From contig MU619354.1 of the NCBI GenBank assembly GCA_025201805.1, positions 37,430 through 101,429 of the forward strand: 64,000 nucleotides of DNA, in the 5' to 3' direction. Shown in pieces: positions 36,378 through 46,749 of this stretch. The notes beneath the pieces are model-generated. The model was given only the letters and a program-made list of their open reading frames with translations, ran no database searches and was not told where the DNA came from. The DNA is from Parasitella parasitica NRRL 2501. Lineage: Eukaryota > Fungi > Mucoromycota. The number at the start of each line of letters is the position of its first letter. Position 1 is the first letter of the stretch. A program made the translations under genes and the position numbers.

Positions 36378-37484
36378 TTAGTACAGGGGTGGTATAATTT
36401 TTGCATTCTGCAGCACTTGAATCAGAGAAAGCAAAGAAAAGATAGTAGCCATGAACGTCAGGTAAAATGACACTGGCTCAAACATGAGTTTGTTTGTGAG
36501 ATCTCTCCAGAATGCGTTCAAGTACTGGTAAAAGTATTCGTTGGCACTCACGACAAAATCGAAAAGATGCTCATCATAGTCTTCGACGGGAACAAACGAA
36601 GAGGTGCAAAAGTTTTTAAAATCGCAATATCGCATGTCTGTCTCGAACATGCCCTCTTTCTGTGCCAGTTCAAAATCCTGAAATGTCGGTATGAAAGCAG
36701 CCAGAGTCCCCAGATAGGTGGCCAAAAACACATTGATTCTATAGTCGACGCTGACGATACCTCCAAGTCCCCTCATGATTGAATCCAGCGGTGGAACGCA
36801 AATCTTCAACTCCTCTGTCGTGATGATAAACATGTTGTGGCTACTGCTTGCTTGGTAAATCCGCATTCTTTTCCTCGACTTGATAAAGTCTGAAAAGCTC
36901 CTCATTTTTTTGAGCTCGTTTTCAATCTGACTGACAACTCTTTTCCTGGGCAACATCGTTGTTGGAATAGCTGCAGCCATGTTTGATCCGTCGTCTTCCT
37001 TGAGAGGTCTGCATTTTTTATTATAAAAGATGTTGTATATGCGACAACCCGTTTGGCTTTTCAAATAAAATCTTGCCACATGGTCGTGATAAGCCGAGGT
37101 TATTTCAGGGTGCTTGATAGTGTTGTCGATGAGATAAAACACAGACAGGTCCAGTTGACATTTTCGCAGAAATAGTCTTGCCAAGTTCAAAGCCGTGTGC
37201 TTCAGAGTATTCTCCATGTATAGTTTCCACTGCGGCAGCTCTCGGTCTAGATAAATAATCAGGAATTCTTCTTTGACGGATAGCAATGCCTTACGAACGT
37301 CAGTCGTTGTTGACATTGTGCCATCTGCAATTGCTAACGATGCCTTTTTCAACGCATCCACCAAAGCTTCGTATTCATTCGAATCATAGCCGCCGTCGAA
37401 CCGAGTTTGCAGCTCAATGAGGCCATCTACTTCTTCTGGAGGAAGATTCTGAAAGCATTTTTCATCAGGCAATCTTCGAGTCAT
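36378..37484 (-). CDS. Intronless 368-aa tail-anchored protein with DUF247 (UPF0481)-like motifs
   Basis: ATG at 37484 follows an A-run. Contains ELKICVPPL, FLATYLGTLAAFIPTFQDFELAQKEGMFE and ANEYF...FWRDL...FEPVSFYLTFMATIFSLLSLIQVLQ, with a single C-terminal TM helix. Confidence 0.65.
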   Translation of the reverse strand: MTRRLPDEKCFQNLPPEEVDGLIELQTRFDGGYDSNEYEALVDALKKASLAIADGTMSTTTDVRKALLSVKEEFLIIYLDRELPQWKLYMENTLKHTALNLARLFLRKCQLDLSVFYLIDNTIKHPEITSAYHDHVARFYLKSQTGCRIYNIFYNKKCRPLKEDDGSNMAAAIPTTMLPRKRVVSQIENELKKMRSFSDFIKSRKRMRIYQASSSHNMFIITTEELKICVPPLDSIMRGLGGIVSVDYRINVFLATYLGTLAAFIPTFQDFELAQKEGMFETDMRYCDFKNFCTSSFVPVEDYDEHLFDFVVSANEYFYQYLNAFWRDLTNKLMFEPVSFYLTFMATIFSLLSLIQVLQNAKIIPPLY

Positions 37485-37489
37485 GATTC

Positions 37490-37558
37490 TTTTTTTTTTT
37501 TTTTTTTTTAAAAAAACAACAACAACAAAAACAACAACAACAACAACAACAACAAAAA
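37490..37558 (+). repeat. T20 + A7 + (CAA)n compound microsatellite
   Basis: Direct reading. Confidence 0.9.
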
Positions 37559-37979
37559 GACGGGGAGAAAGAGTAGTAAACCAATATTCGAAACTACAAT
37601 GTTTGACAACAGTTGCCTTGAGATGCCACAAAGTCTGATGAATGTAGATCACCCTCGCACCAACAAAATTTGATGTGAGTTTAGCGTTTTCAACACGAAA
37701 TTGGCCAATCATTGCTGATAAAGCAAGATAGACATTGGTGGGTCAAGACTTCAAAGATCGACACGATTATATATATGTAAATGAGGCTGTGCAATTTACT
37801 ACGCCCCATTTTCACCGCAAATCATCTGCTCATATATTATACGTAACTATCTAATAGATGGCATTATCGAAGAAGTCCTATGACACCACAACCCGACTAC
37901 TTTATTCAAAATAGACTCGTTTTTACGCGGAACTGGCCATTTTTAGAGTATCCTTCATTGCAATGCTGCATCACATTGC

Positions 37980-38960
37980 AAGAAATCATGGTTCATACTC
38001 ATCTCCGATTGTGCACCATAATTACAATGCGATCATCAAGTCTACATGATCGTGTAAGGCCTTTCTCATCAACCATATGATGATGCTGCATTGCTTCAGC
38101 TTGGAGTTTGAGGGCGAAAGTCCGACCCAACGCCCATTCCTATTTTTGCGATGATGATTGTCAATGGCAAAACAAATTAAGGCCACAAGAAAACTATTCA
38201 GTGTGGTCTCATCAGGCATAAAGAGGCGAATGTCTGTGCTTTCAATGCGCTTGGTCTCAGCCTCTTCTGCTTATTACCTTGTGCTTTGATTACGCCTCCA
38301 GAGAGCCTCCAGCAAATGGCATTTCCTGGTTATGCTAAATGCAAAGAAGGAGGCATTTTGGACATCGAATCTCCTTTGTATACATTTTGTGGTGCTGTCT
38401 TTCTTTGCTTACTGAGGGGAGCTGCAAATTATCATTTCACAAGATGCTGTGGCTCTCAGGCAAGAAACCCCGGAGAGTCTTATATGGCGAAACAGAATCT
38501 TCCAGTCGCCTGAATTCCAAGCATTCGCCGCGGAAAGTCTCCAGGCAATGGCGACCCACGGTATTACCTGCTGGCCTATTGGTGATAATGATCTGGCAAA
38601 CCAACTATTCGCCATCAATAGCAATGTTATTGCCCTTTTGCCTTGAGATATAGATAATGAATTCTTGGTTTGCCTCGGCAAGAGTTATTGATGGCGGGCC
38701 GTGCATCTTTCGAGGCTAGTAGCTTAAATGCCGTTCACACCTGCAACTATTGAGGAAGCTGGGGGTGCTATCAAAATAAAGAACCAGAGTTAGAGAGAAA
38801 GGCTCTGATTCCATCTTTTACTATACAAAGGAATCATAGTTTAGTGAAGGGACTCTGGGATGAGTGGACCTCTGGGTTGAATGGCCAGGACAGAGTCAGA
38901 GATTTAAATGCAAAGTATGGAACTAAATTAAGGCAAGGGGCCAAAGGTGAAGCTTGTTCA
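37980..38960 (+). mobile_element. Decayed Crypton (CryptonF-like) tyrosine-recombinase transposon: Ndc10-II-like + GCR1_C remnants
   Basis: Motifs in order across frames: AFLINHMMML, EGESPT, NGKTN*G...GLIRHKE..VCAFNALG, PPESLQQMAFP, QDAVALRQETPESLIW..RIFQSPEFQAFA, LWDEWTSGLNGQ..VRDLNAKYGTK.R. Stops and frameshifts are present. Confidence 0.8.
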
Positions 38961-39958
38961 ATATTCATTTGAAAACAAAGTAATAGCAAAAAACTTTATT
39001 CAGTAGAAAGAAAATATTGCACTGAAAGATTGATCTTGATTGAGGAAGTGGAAAGGATCGCCAATGAAAGAAGAAGATGTAGATGCCGTCAAGTATTTGG
39101 ACGAAAGAAGAAAAATACGTGAAACTTGTACTCTTTACAAGCTCACAGATAAGTTGATACAATAAAAAAAGAAGAGAAAAGGAGAAATCTCAAGACGATT
39201 AGATGCCTTTTCATTTGATTTTTAACTATAAAGCCATCAAGTTTTGTTTGTTATATGTGTTCATGTTGATTAAGCATTAGAATAACTTTACAAACTCTAC
39301 TGATTTTTATGAGATTCAAGCCAATGTATTGTATATAGCAATTCGTGGAGCAAACAGCTTCTGTTTATCTAGCATAAGGTCCTCTTGACTAGTTCACCAG
39401 CTTTGCTTCTGCAACAGCACGGAGGTCTTGTATTTTATATAAAAGTCGACATAACATAATCATTGATTATTTCCAAAAGATTAAAGCATATTTTACGTAG
39501 CAAGCTCTGGCTACAATTTTAACGATGTCAGGCAAATGTCATCACAGCTAAACATTGAACTTGGTATTGCATGCCAAGTTAATTATCAAAATAGATTCAA
39601 ATATATAGCTATGGAATTTGTTACAGCAAATTTACGACTTTTTGCTCATTACACTGATTAAACAAAATTGCATAAAGATGATTGTGGCAACTTTAATATT
39701 TCAAATCGTTGTTTCGTGCCTTGACAGTTGATAAAGCCTACCGTATCTTGGTGCTGCTATAACGCCAAGATATTACGGTATCCAGCGATAGTTGAGACCA
39801 TTATACAGATTAGTATCTGAGATAATCTTATAACATGTAGCCGTAAGCTAAAGTGCGTGATACCTGTAGGAATTGATAGTGAAGATATAACACTGTACAC
39901 ATCAAGAGCAGAGCCAAATATGGTAATTGAAAGAATAGCATGACCATTCTCTGTAAAA

Positions 39959-39959
<1 letters not shown>

Positions 39960-40036
<77 letters not shown>
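39960..40036 (+). repeat. A77 homopolymer
   Basis: Direct reading. Confidence 0.95.
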
Positions 40037-40038
<2 letters not shown>

Positions 40039-40893
40039 GAGCTGTTTAGCATTTGTAGAGATATAATTTACGCAATTATCTTGGGAGACAGATATTTTGG
40101 TCTAAGAAGCTTGCGACATTTAGCCTTTTGAAGTTAAAAAGGCTTGAAACTGATATTATCCTGTTCTTGGATGTTATTCAAGTGATATACTATGACCCTC
40201 GTATTCTCAAAGCCAAGTGGCTTCTGCATATGTATAGTAATGGAGTTGGAAGTTTCAGAATTGAATGCACATTCTTTGAGAATATACTATAGTATAGAGA
40301 GTCGTGGGAGTCCAGAAGTTACCATAGGTACATCTCTGAATTAAGATACGATGTATATGGGTGCATATACTTGTCCCGCAGCGTTTGGTCATTCACAATC
40401 CTTTAAATATTCATTATCAAGAGAACTCATCTTGCAACATATGATATATGTATATGTGGAATGGCTAAAGACTTGAGTATGAGCAACTGATTCCTGTACT
40501 GAGTTCCAAGGTGCATTAAACAATAAATAGTGCATCAACTTGCCTAAAGTTTGAGGGTATTTTGGCTCGGCCTTCGGTCAATTATGGGCATGGGAGAATG
40601 TTGATATGTCCAAGTAGCGCACTAGTTTTAATTATAGGTGCTTACATTGCACATGCAACAAGAAAGAGATTGGAGGAAAGAGACGAAAGAGAATGAATAT
40701 CGGACTCCATTTCAATATTTCTTTATGCCACATATAGTGCGTCCCATACATACATTTACATGTACAGACGCACACATGGAATGCCAAGAAAAGGTACATT
40801 GTGCTTGTATTTGCATTTTCTTTATAAAACTGTACATTGCTATTTTAAAATCAGCCTGCAGCTGCTACAGCTAAAACTCAGACATGTTGAAAG

Positions 40894-40947
<54 letters not shown>
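40894..40947 (+). repeat. A54 homopolymer
   Basis: Direct reading. Confidence 0.95.
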
Positions 40948-40948
<1 letters not shown>

Positions 40949-41998
40949 CCAATGGTCGTTATCAAAATGTGTCTAATTTATTATATTGGATAGACAAATG
41001 ATCTACAAGTTTTATGTGCAAGCCATTACTTGTCAATGTCAAATACTTGAAGGTCTCACCCTTGATCTTGGTTGCCAACAGTTTCTTCAACAACAAGTAT
41101 GTTATTTTAATCAAATTATCAGGTTTATAATCTGTACAACCAGTTGACTATTCGGGCCGATTAACTAAATGTACTTGGATTTTTGAAATGTAATGTGTTG
41201 TATTAGTAAAACATGCAGTGTATAAGCTATATTTCTACTGAACCATACAGCGCCATGTATCATTTGTTACACCCGAAAGACGAGCAATTTGTGTTTTTTT
41301 TTTTTTTTTTGGGTATTAATGAATAATAAAGATATTTTGTGTTGTCAAATAAATAATTTTATGCAAAATTCAATATTTGTATCATTCAACTATAATATGA
41401 TACAAATAAATAATAGAACCTTTGCTGTTATGCCGAATACAAAACCGTCAGTGTTCTCTTTGTTGTCCATATCATCAGGGAAATTTGTTTTTCCTTGTGA
41501 TTCCTGGTACGTCTATGAGCCAACAAAAAGGAGGGAACTTTTTTCGGATGTGATAATATCATGCTGTGCTCTTTATTTATTTTTTTTTTTTTTTTATTAT
41601 TATTATCATGCATATCATCATTTAATGCCTTAATCCGCACCTGCTTAAATTATCATTAAACACGTTGTTGATATTTCGTGATCGGTACACAACATGACAT
41701 GAAGCATAATACTATAAATGTGTAAATACAGATGTTCAATTTCATCATTTTACATGCAAAGGAAAGGTTTCATTTATAATAGCCATTTTATTTACCAAAT
41801 CTATTATACTACGATGAGAGAAGGAAAAGCAGAAAGAATTAAGACAAAAAAAAAAGAAGATATGCTACAAAAAAAAGTGGGATGGGATGGGATGGGGGGA
41901 GGGGAGGAGGAGGAGGAAGGGGGAAGGGGGGGGGGGGAAAGAGGTCAGGATATTTATATGATTGTATGTAATATTTATATGGGTATTTTTGATCTTGG

Positions 41999-42376
41999 TT
42001 ACAATGAACGGTGATTTCTAGTTATTTTGTTCGAGTGGATATTGGTCTCTGATCCAGTTGAATTTGAAGGCGACGGTAGAGCTGTTAGCATGGCGGCATC
42101 GTTTTGTCTAGGCGAGGCTGATTGATAGTAATTTATGAAGGATGATGTGAAATTCTTTGGCATAAACTGTTGATTTATCGGATCAAAAGACCAGCATCTT
42201 GAGCAGTATTCATTCTGACTGAGGAATCTGTTGCAACTGTCGCACTTTACATGGCAATTTGAGCAAAACCAGTCGGCTCCTAGGATTTCGTTGCAAGTAC
42301 CGCATGTTGCATGATCTTGGAATGAAGGGGCAGAATCAGAGCGAGGAGACGAAGGTGGGGATAACAGATAGTTCAT
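41999..42376 (-). CDS. Small (125 aa) protein with four CxxC motifs (double zinc-ribbon-like)
   Basis: MNYLLSPPSSP..., CGTC, CSNC, CDSC, CSRC, with a pyrimidine-rich 5' leader and a TATA-like sequence at ~42500. Confidence 0.7.
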   Translation of the reverse strand: MNYLLSPPSSPRSDSAPSFQDHATCGTCNEILGADWFCSNCHVKCDSCNRFLSQNEYCSRCWSFDPINQQFMPKNFTSSFINYYQSASPRQNDAAMLTALPSPSNSTGSETNIHSNKITRNHRSL

Positions 42377-42841
42377 TTGAGGGAAAGATGTGGAAAAAGT
42401 GAAAAGAGAAAGAGAGAAAAAGAGGCAGAGAAAGAGGATGATATTTATACTAAGCACGGACAAGCCGAAAACATGTAAAAATTCCTCTCCTATTTATCCT
42501 TTTTTTATATTTTATGCATCTTCATGTAAGTTGAGGTGTGTCAAAATTGGCAACTTTATTAAACAAGGTTGATTCGGTTGACATTTTGTGCAGTGTTGTG
42601 ATTAGAATGCCATCCACAAAGTCAGTGTAATCGCTCAACGGGATAAGGAATCCCACAACACGTGGTATAGACAATGTTCTGTAAAGTTTGGGTTGTAAGG
42701 AGTAAAGAGGAAGAAGGAGAAAAGGTGCCTATGATATTTAATATTTGGTTATTATAATGTATTTATATATGGGTGCAGATCACCCTCACTCTCTGTATAC
42801 AAAACATCATATACAACATCATCATATCGTATATTTGTTTA

Positions 42842-45800
42842 TTATAGTACATCCAACAGTTTCAATCCTGCATTGTCAAGCTGTTCTCGCTCAGCAGCTG
42901 AGAGGTGTGGGACTTGATTTACGCCGACCTTAAGTGTGGCAAGTATGTCTCTGTAGTCGCTGAAGACCAAGTGACGATAGTCAACAGTGTCGATTTGAGT
43001 CACAAGGTAAACCAAAAGGCGCGCAAACCCGTGATGCCCAAGCGATACGGCTGCATATTGAGCAACGAAGCCTTGATAAAACTGGAAGAAAGGTACCTGA
43101 GCTTGTCGGATATGTTCCGACGACCTCCGCCATGCGTTTTCCAATGCTGCCAAGTTGGTTCTTGTTCGGCAGAGATAGTCCAGCCATTGATCAATGTCCT
43201 TTGACACTCTTTGGTTCATGAATATCTCTCGTTCGCTGATCATGTCTGTCTGTCTGCCTTCTCGGTCGCCAATCAGGAAGACCTTCATCAGCGTCACAAT
43301 GGCAATGTCGTGATTGATGTCACTTGTGTAAAACAGCTTGTTTGCCAAATCAATTGTACTAGACACAACGCTTGCTGCATCCGCTTGATTGTTTTGTGCT
43401 ACTGTCGACTTATCCAAGTGATACAATGCATCGATGGGTGATAAAATAAATGCAGTTGTTTCCAACGAACTTGACTCGGTCTCTTGGTTGCTGATGTACA
43501 TGAGGGTCTTGATGGATCGTCCGTCATGGCTGAACAGCGACCTAGATGTCTCCACATTCTGCTGGTTAAAATCGAGATAGAACGGCTCCAAGGTATCCAG
43601 TAGGTGCTTTTGCTGCTTTGACGATAGACAAAGATGCAACAACTCCTGCGCCAACCACGTTTCGACAATACCACTGTGCTTACTACGGATACCTGATTCC
43701 AGCTTCGTCAATCGCAGGTTCATTCCCCAGCGTTTCTCTGTATCTTTACACTGATCTAGCCAGATCCATAGAGCATATCTGCCCAGCATGTCCTTAGAAT
43801 AACATTCCTTCAACAAATGAACTACCTGTGCAGATCCAAGTCTGCATTGTGCATCATGGCTAATGTCACGGCACAGTCCACTATCCAGCGATGCGAAAGC
43901 AGCAACGAACTGCATGTAACGAACAACGTAATTTGTGGATGGTGTGTAACCCAATGCAACGGAATTACCGGTTGGAAAGTTATTATCCTCCTGAATCACG
44001 GCCTTCCAGACTTCATTGACCGTCTCTATCTCGGGTGGAAATAATACAATGTAGGAAGCCCAAGCGCCCAGATAGCCCAACGCGGACTCATACAACGGTT
44101 GATCCTTATCTCGACTGGCACGCAACACAGCTGTAATAGCTGGCAAATATGCAGTAGGTTGATGCCAGTCAATAGCATGCGCTGGAATGGTTTTATGTGG
44201 GTCTGCAGCAGCATACAAAAGCACCTCCAATAAGCCAATGGCAGTGGATGCTCTGATAGAGTCCATTCTGCTTGCTTCCTTGCCCAGAACAGAACGAAGC
44301 CAGTCCATTAAAGGACCTTGCAAATCCTCCAGTGTCGGAACGATAAACCCGTAACATGCCAACACACGAATAAGTCTTAGTGTTTCAAGCTGCAGTGCAT
44401 ATGCTCTTCGTTTCAAGTTATCAGAGGCAGTATCTGGAGAAGTAACCAGGAATCGTAACGTGATAGTTGCCTTTTCAACAATATTTTCCGCAATTTGTTT
44501 ACTCCCCTGTGCTAATACAGTCAGGAGTCGCACAGCTGCTAAACTGGGGTAATTTATATTGTCATCTTCTGTCATGGGCCATTGTGTATTCGCCACACCC
44601 CACCGGACAATAGGCTCCAAAAGCTCTTCCTCCTCGATTGATTCACAGACATCCTGACCTGCCTCTGCCATGCGAACCACGATGCGAACCAGACATTCCA
44701 CAGAGGCAGCATCGTACTCGATCAGCTCACTGCTATCAGATGCCAGCAGATAGCGAATACGGGCCAACAGGTCCATTTTCACCAGGCCACGCACGAGATC
44801 CCGTTCAGCCAATTCAGCGTCGTTTTTTTGTTCTTGTAAGGAGGGTTGACCAGATGTTTGGCGCACTCGATCTACTAATTCGGTCAATTTGTCATTAAGG
44901 CCTTTCTGTTTGATGTCTGTAACACCACGAGGCAAAATAGGACGCGCAACATGACCCAAAAATCGGTTAAATTCTTCAGTGGAGCTGAAAAGATTGCCTT
45001 CCCAATCGCTTTGATCCAACACAAGGGCAGCCAACGCCTTGATCGCACTTACCAACACAATCAGATTGCGATCATCCAAAGCAGAGCGAAGATAGATGGC
45101 AGCCGAATGCTCCTTTCCAGTAAACACAGCCAGAACATGGTTCCACACAGACTCAGTCGCAGCAGCCTTTTTAGCGAGGCTGATGATGCGCGCAATGGTA
45201 GTCAAGACCATGGAGCGTTGAGAGGGTACCTGACTGCGTACAAGGTGAAATAATTCGGCCAATGTATATCCAGCTTTCTCGGGTTCGTCTCCATGATGGT
45301 GCAATCCCTTGTGGTGAGGGATGTCGACCGACTGATCAATGATGCGACCTTGTAAATCAAAACGCACTTTACGATACACTTTCTCGACTTCAGTGGAGAC
45401 AGCTCCAGATTCCTTGTTCTCCTCCTCCAGCTCCTCCAGCTCCTTTAGTCTCTGAGCTTCCTGCTTCCTGATCTCTGGCGTCAAGAATCGATTGTCCATC
45501 CAAGCCAGTTTGTCATTTTCCATTGGCACTTTAGCGAAATACTGTTTTTTTAGGTGCAGCAAATCCTCTTTGTCCTCTATTTCTTGTTCATGTTCAATTT
45601 GAGGTTCAAAAGACACCTTCTTCTTTGCTGCAGTTGCTGGCTCGCTATTCTTCTTCTTGCTCTTCAATCCCTTTGTCAGTAATGCAATTGATTCAGGGCT
45701 GAGTGTATTCATGATTTCATGACGAGCAGCCTCTAATTCCTGCAGAGACATTTCCTGGATGCGTCTATCATTGTCATCCAGTGGTTCTTCTGTTTTGACG

Positions 45801-46399
45801 TGCGGTGGCGTTTGAGTGCGGGGGCCGCTTGCTGGTTTTTTGAGTCGTTGAGCCTCCATTCTCTTTTTGAACTCACTTCGATGAACCGGCTTGGGGAATC
45901 CATTGGCATGTCCTCGCGCAGGCTTGTTCTCCATGACGGACGGCAGTGTCGGCGCAAGCACTTGTTTCACATCATGTTCCTTGATTTCGCCTAGAACTTG
46001 GCCCAAGAGGGAGGTTAGATCGATCATTTTCTTGCTGACTGGCACATGAGGCTCAGGATTAGGGTCCATGACAGGCTCGAATTCCGGCTGCTCCTCCTCT
46101 CCGATGGGTGTAGCTTCGGCACCGTACTCCATGGCTGGTACGGGTGCGTCTTCTGATGGTGTTTCCAAGCCTGGTATAGCCGAGTCCACACTGCTGCTGC
46201 TGTGTGCACTGGCTAGACGTTCAGCAAAAAGACTGGGCTTCTTCTTCTGCTTCTTTTCTGTTTGCTCATCAAACGAAGGAGGTGCATTTGCACGATACAC
46301 TCGAGCCGACGGCATGGTTTCTTGTTGGAAAAAATCTCTTTGGAGTGCTTCTAAATCGTCATCGTCAACATTAAACGTTGGGCGAGTAAACTTGCTCAT
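42842..46399 (-). CDS. RBA50: RNA polymerase II-associated protein RPAP1/Rba50
   Basis: RPAP1_N (NDRRIQEMSLQELEAARHEIMNTLSPE) and RPAP1_C (RFDLQG...GLHHHGDEPEKAGYTLAELFHLVRSQVPSQR). Confidence 0.93.
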   Translation of the reverse strand: MSKFTRPTFNVDDDDLEALQRDFFQQETMPSARVYRANAPPSFDEQTEKKQKKKPSLFAERLASAHSSSSVDSAIPGLETPSEDAPVPAMEYGAEATPIGEEEQPEFEPVMDPNPEPHVPVSKKMIDLTSLLGQVLGEIKEHDVKQVLAPTLPSVMENKPARGHANGFPKPVHRSEFKKRMEAQRLKKPASGPRTQTPPHVKTEEPLDDNDRRIQEMSLQELEAARHEIMNTLSPESIALLTKGLKSKKKNSEPATAAKKKVSFEPQIEHEQEIEDKEDLLHLKKQYFAKVPMENDKLAWMDNRFLTPEIRKQEAQRLKELEELEEENKESGAVSTEVEKVYRKVRFDLQGRIIDQSVDIPHHKGLHHHGDEPEKAGYTLAELFHLVRSQVPSQRSMVLTTIARIISLAKKAAATESVWNHVLAVFTGKEHSAAIYLRSALDDRNLIVLVSAIKALAALVLDQSDWEGNLFSSTEEFNRFLGHVARPILPRGVTDIKQKGLNDKLTELVDRVRQTSGQPSLQEQKNDAELAERDLVRGLVKMDLLARIRYLLASDSSELIEYDAASVECLVRIVVRMAEAGQDVCESIEEEELLEPIVRWGVANTQWPMTEDDNINYPSLAAVRLLTVLAQGSKQIAENIVEKATITLRFLVTSPDTASDNLKRRAYALQLETLRLIRVLACYGFIVPTLEDLQGPLMDWLRSVLGKEASRMDSIRASTAIGLLEVLLYAAADPHKTIPAHAIDWHQPTAYLPAITAVLRASRDKDQPLYESALGYLGAWASYIVLFPPEIETVNEVWKAVIQEDNNFPTGNSVALGYTPSTNYVVRYMQFVAAFASLDSGLCRDISHDAQCRLGSAQVVHLLKECYSKDMLGRYALWIWLDQCKDTEKRWGMNLRLTKLESGIRSKHSGIVETWLAQELLHLCLSSKQQKHLLDTLEPFYLDFNQQNVETSRSLFSHDGRSIKTLMYISNQETESSSLETTAFILSPIDALYHLDKSTVAQNNQADAASVVSSTIDLANKLFYTSDINHDIAIVTLMKVFLIGDREGRQTDMISEREIFMNQRVSKDIDQWLDYLCRTRTNLAALENAWRRSSEHIRQAQVPFFQFYQGFVAQYAAVSLGHHGFARLLVYLVTQIDTVDYRHLVFSDYRDILATLKVGVNQVPHLSAAEREQLDNAGLKLLDVL

Positions 46400-46749
46400 G
46401 CTTGATTGTATGGAGTCAAGAGGAAAAAGCAAAGCATTTTTAAAATGGAAAATTTTTTGTAGCTGCTGCTCATGAAAATCTATCAAGCTACGACATTTGA
46501 CGTATATCCAAGCCTTGAGAATGGGTGTCTAACAAACTTTCAAGAGACAAAACCAGCTGGAATCGACGCAGTGCGCTGATGAATCCACTGAAGCAGCTGT
46601 TGAATGTTTTGTGTGGAATGACAGACGAAAAAACGGACCAAAAGCACGGGTTGTCCAAAGCACAATAGTAGGAGACCTAATTCCAAAAAAGAAAACGAAG
46701 CGGAAAGCACGCGCTTTATATTGGAGGCGTTTTTTAATCGTCTTCTTCC

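Noticed and set aside
32279-37484. GLTP (Podospora het-c homolog family) near the DUF247-like gene as an incompatibility cluster
   Set aside because: GLTP is a conserved housekeeping gene separated from it by AMPK-beta and RPE1. Proximity alone is not evidence.
37485-37712. N-terminal extension of the 444-aa ORF (VVVVVV...KKKKKK)
   Set aside because: It is a translation of microsatellite and homopolymer sequence. The ATG at 37484 is the plausible start.
39828-40993. Poly-Lys/poly-Phe ORFs
   Set aside because: Artefacts of the A-tracts.
35164-46399. Mucorales sex locus
   Set aside because: No HMG-box sexP/sexM, triose-phosphate transporter or RNA helicase gene is seen.
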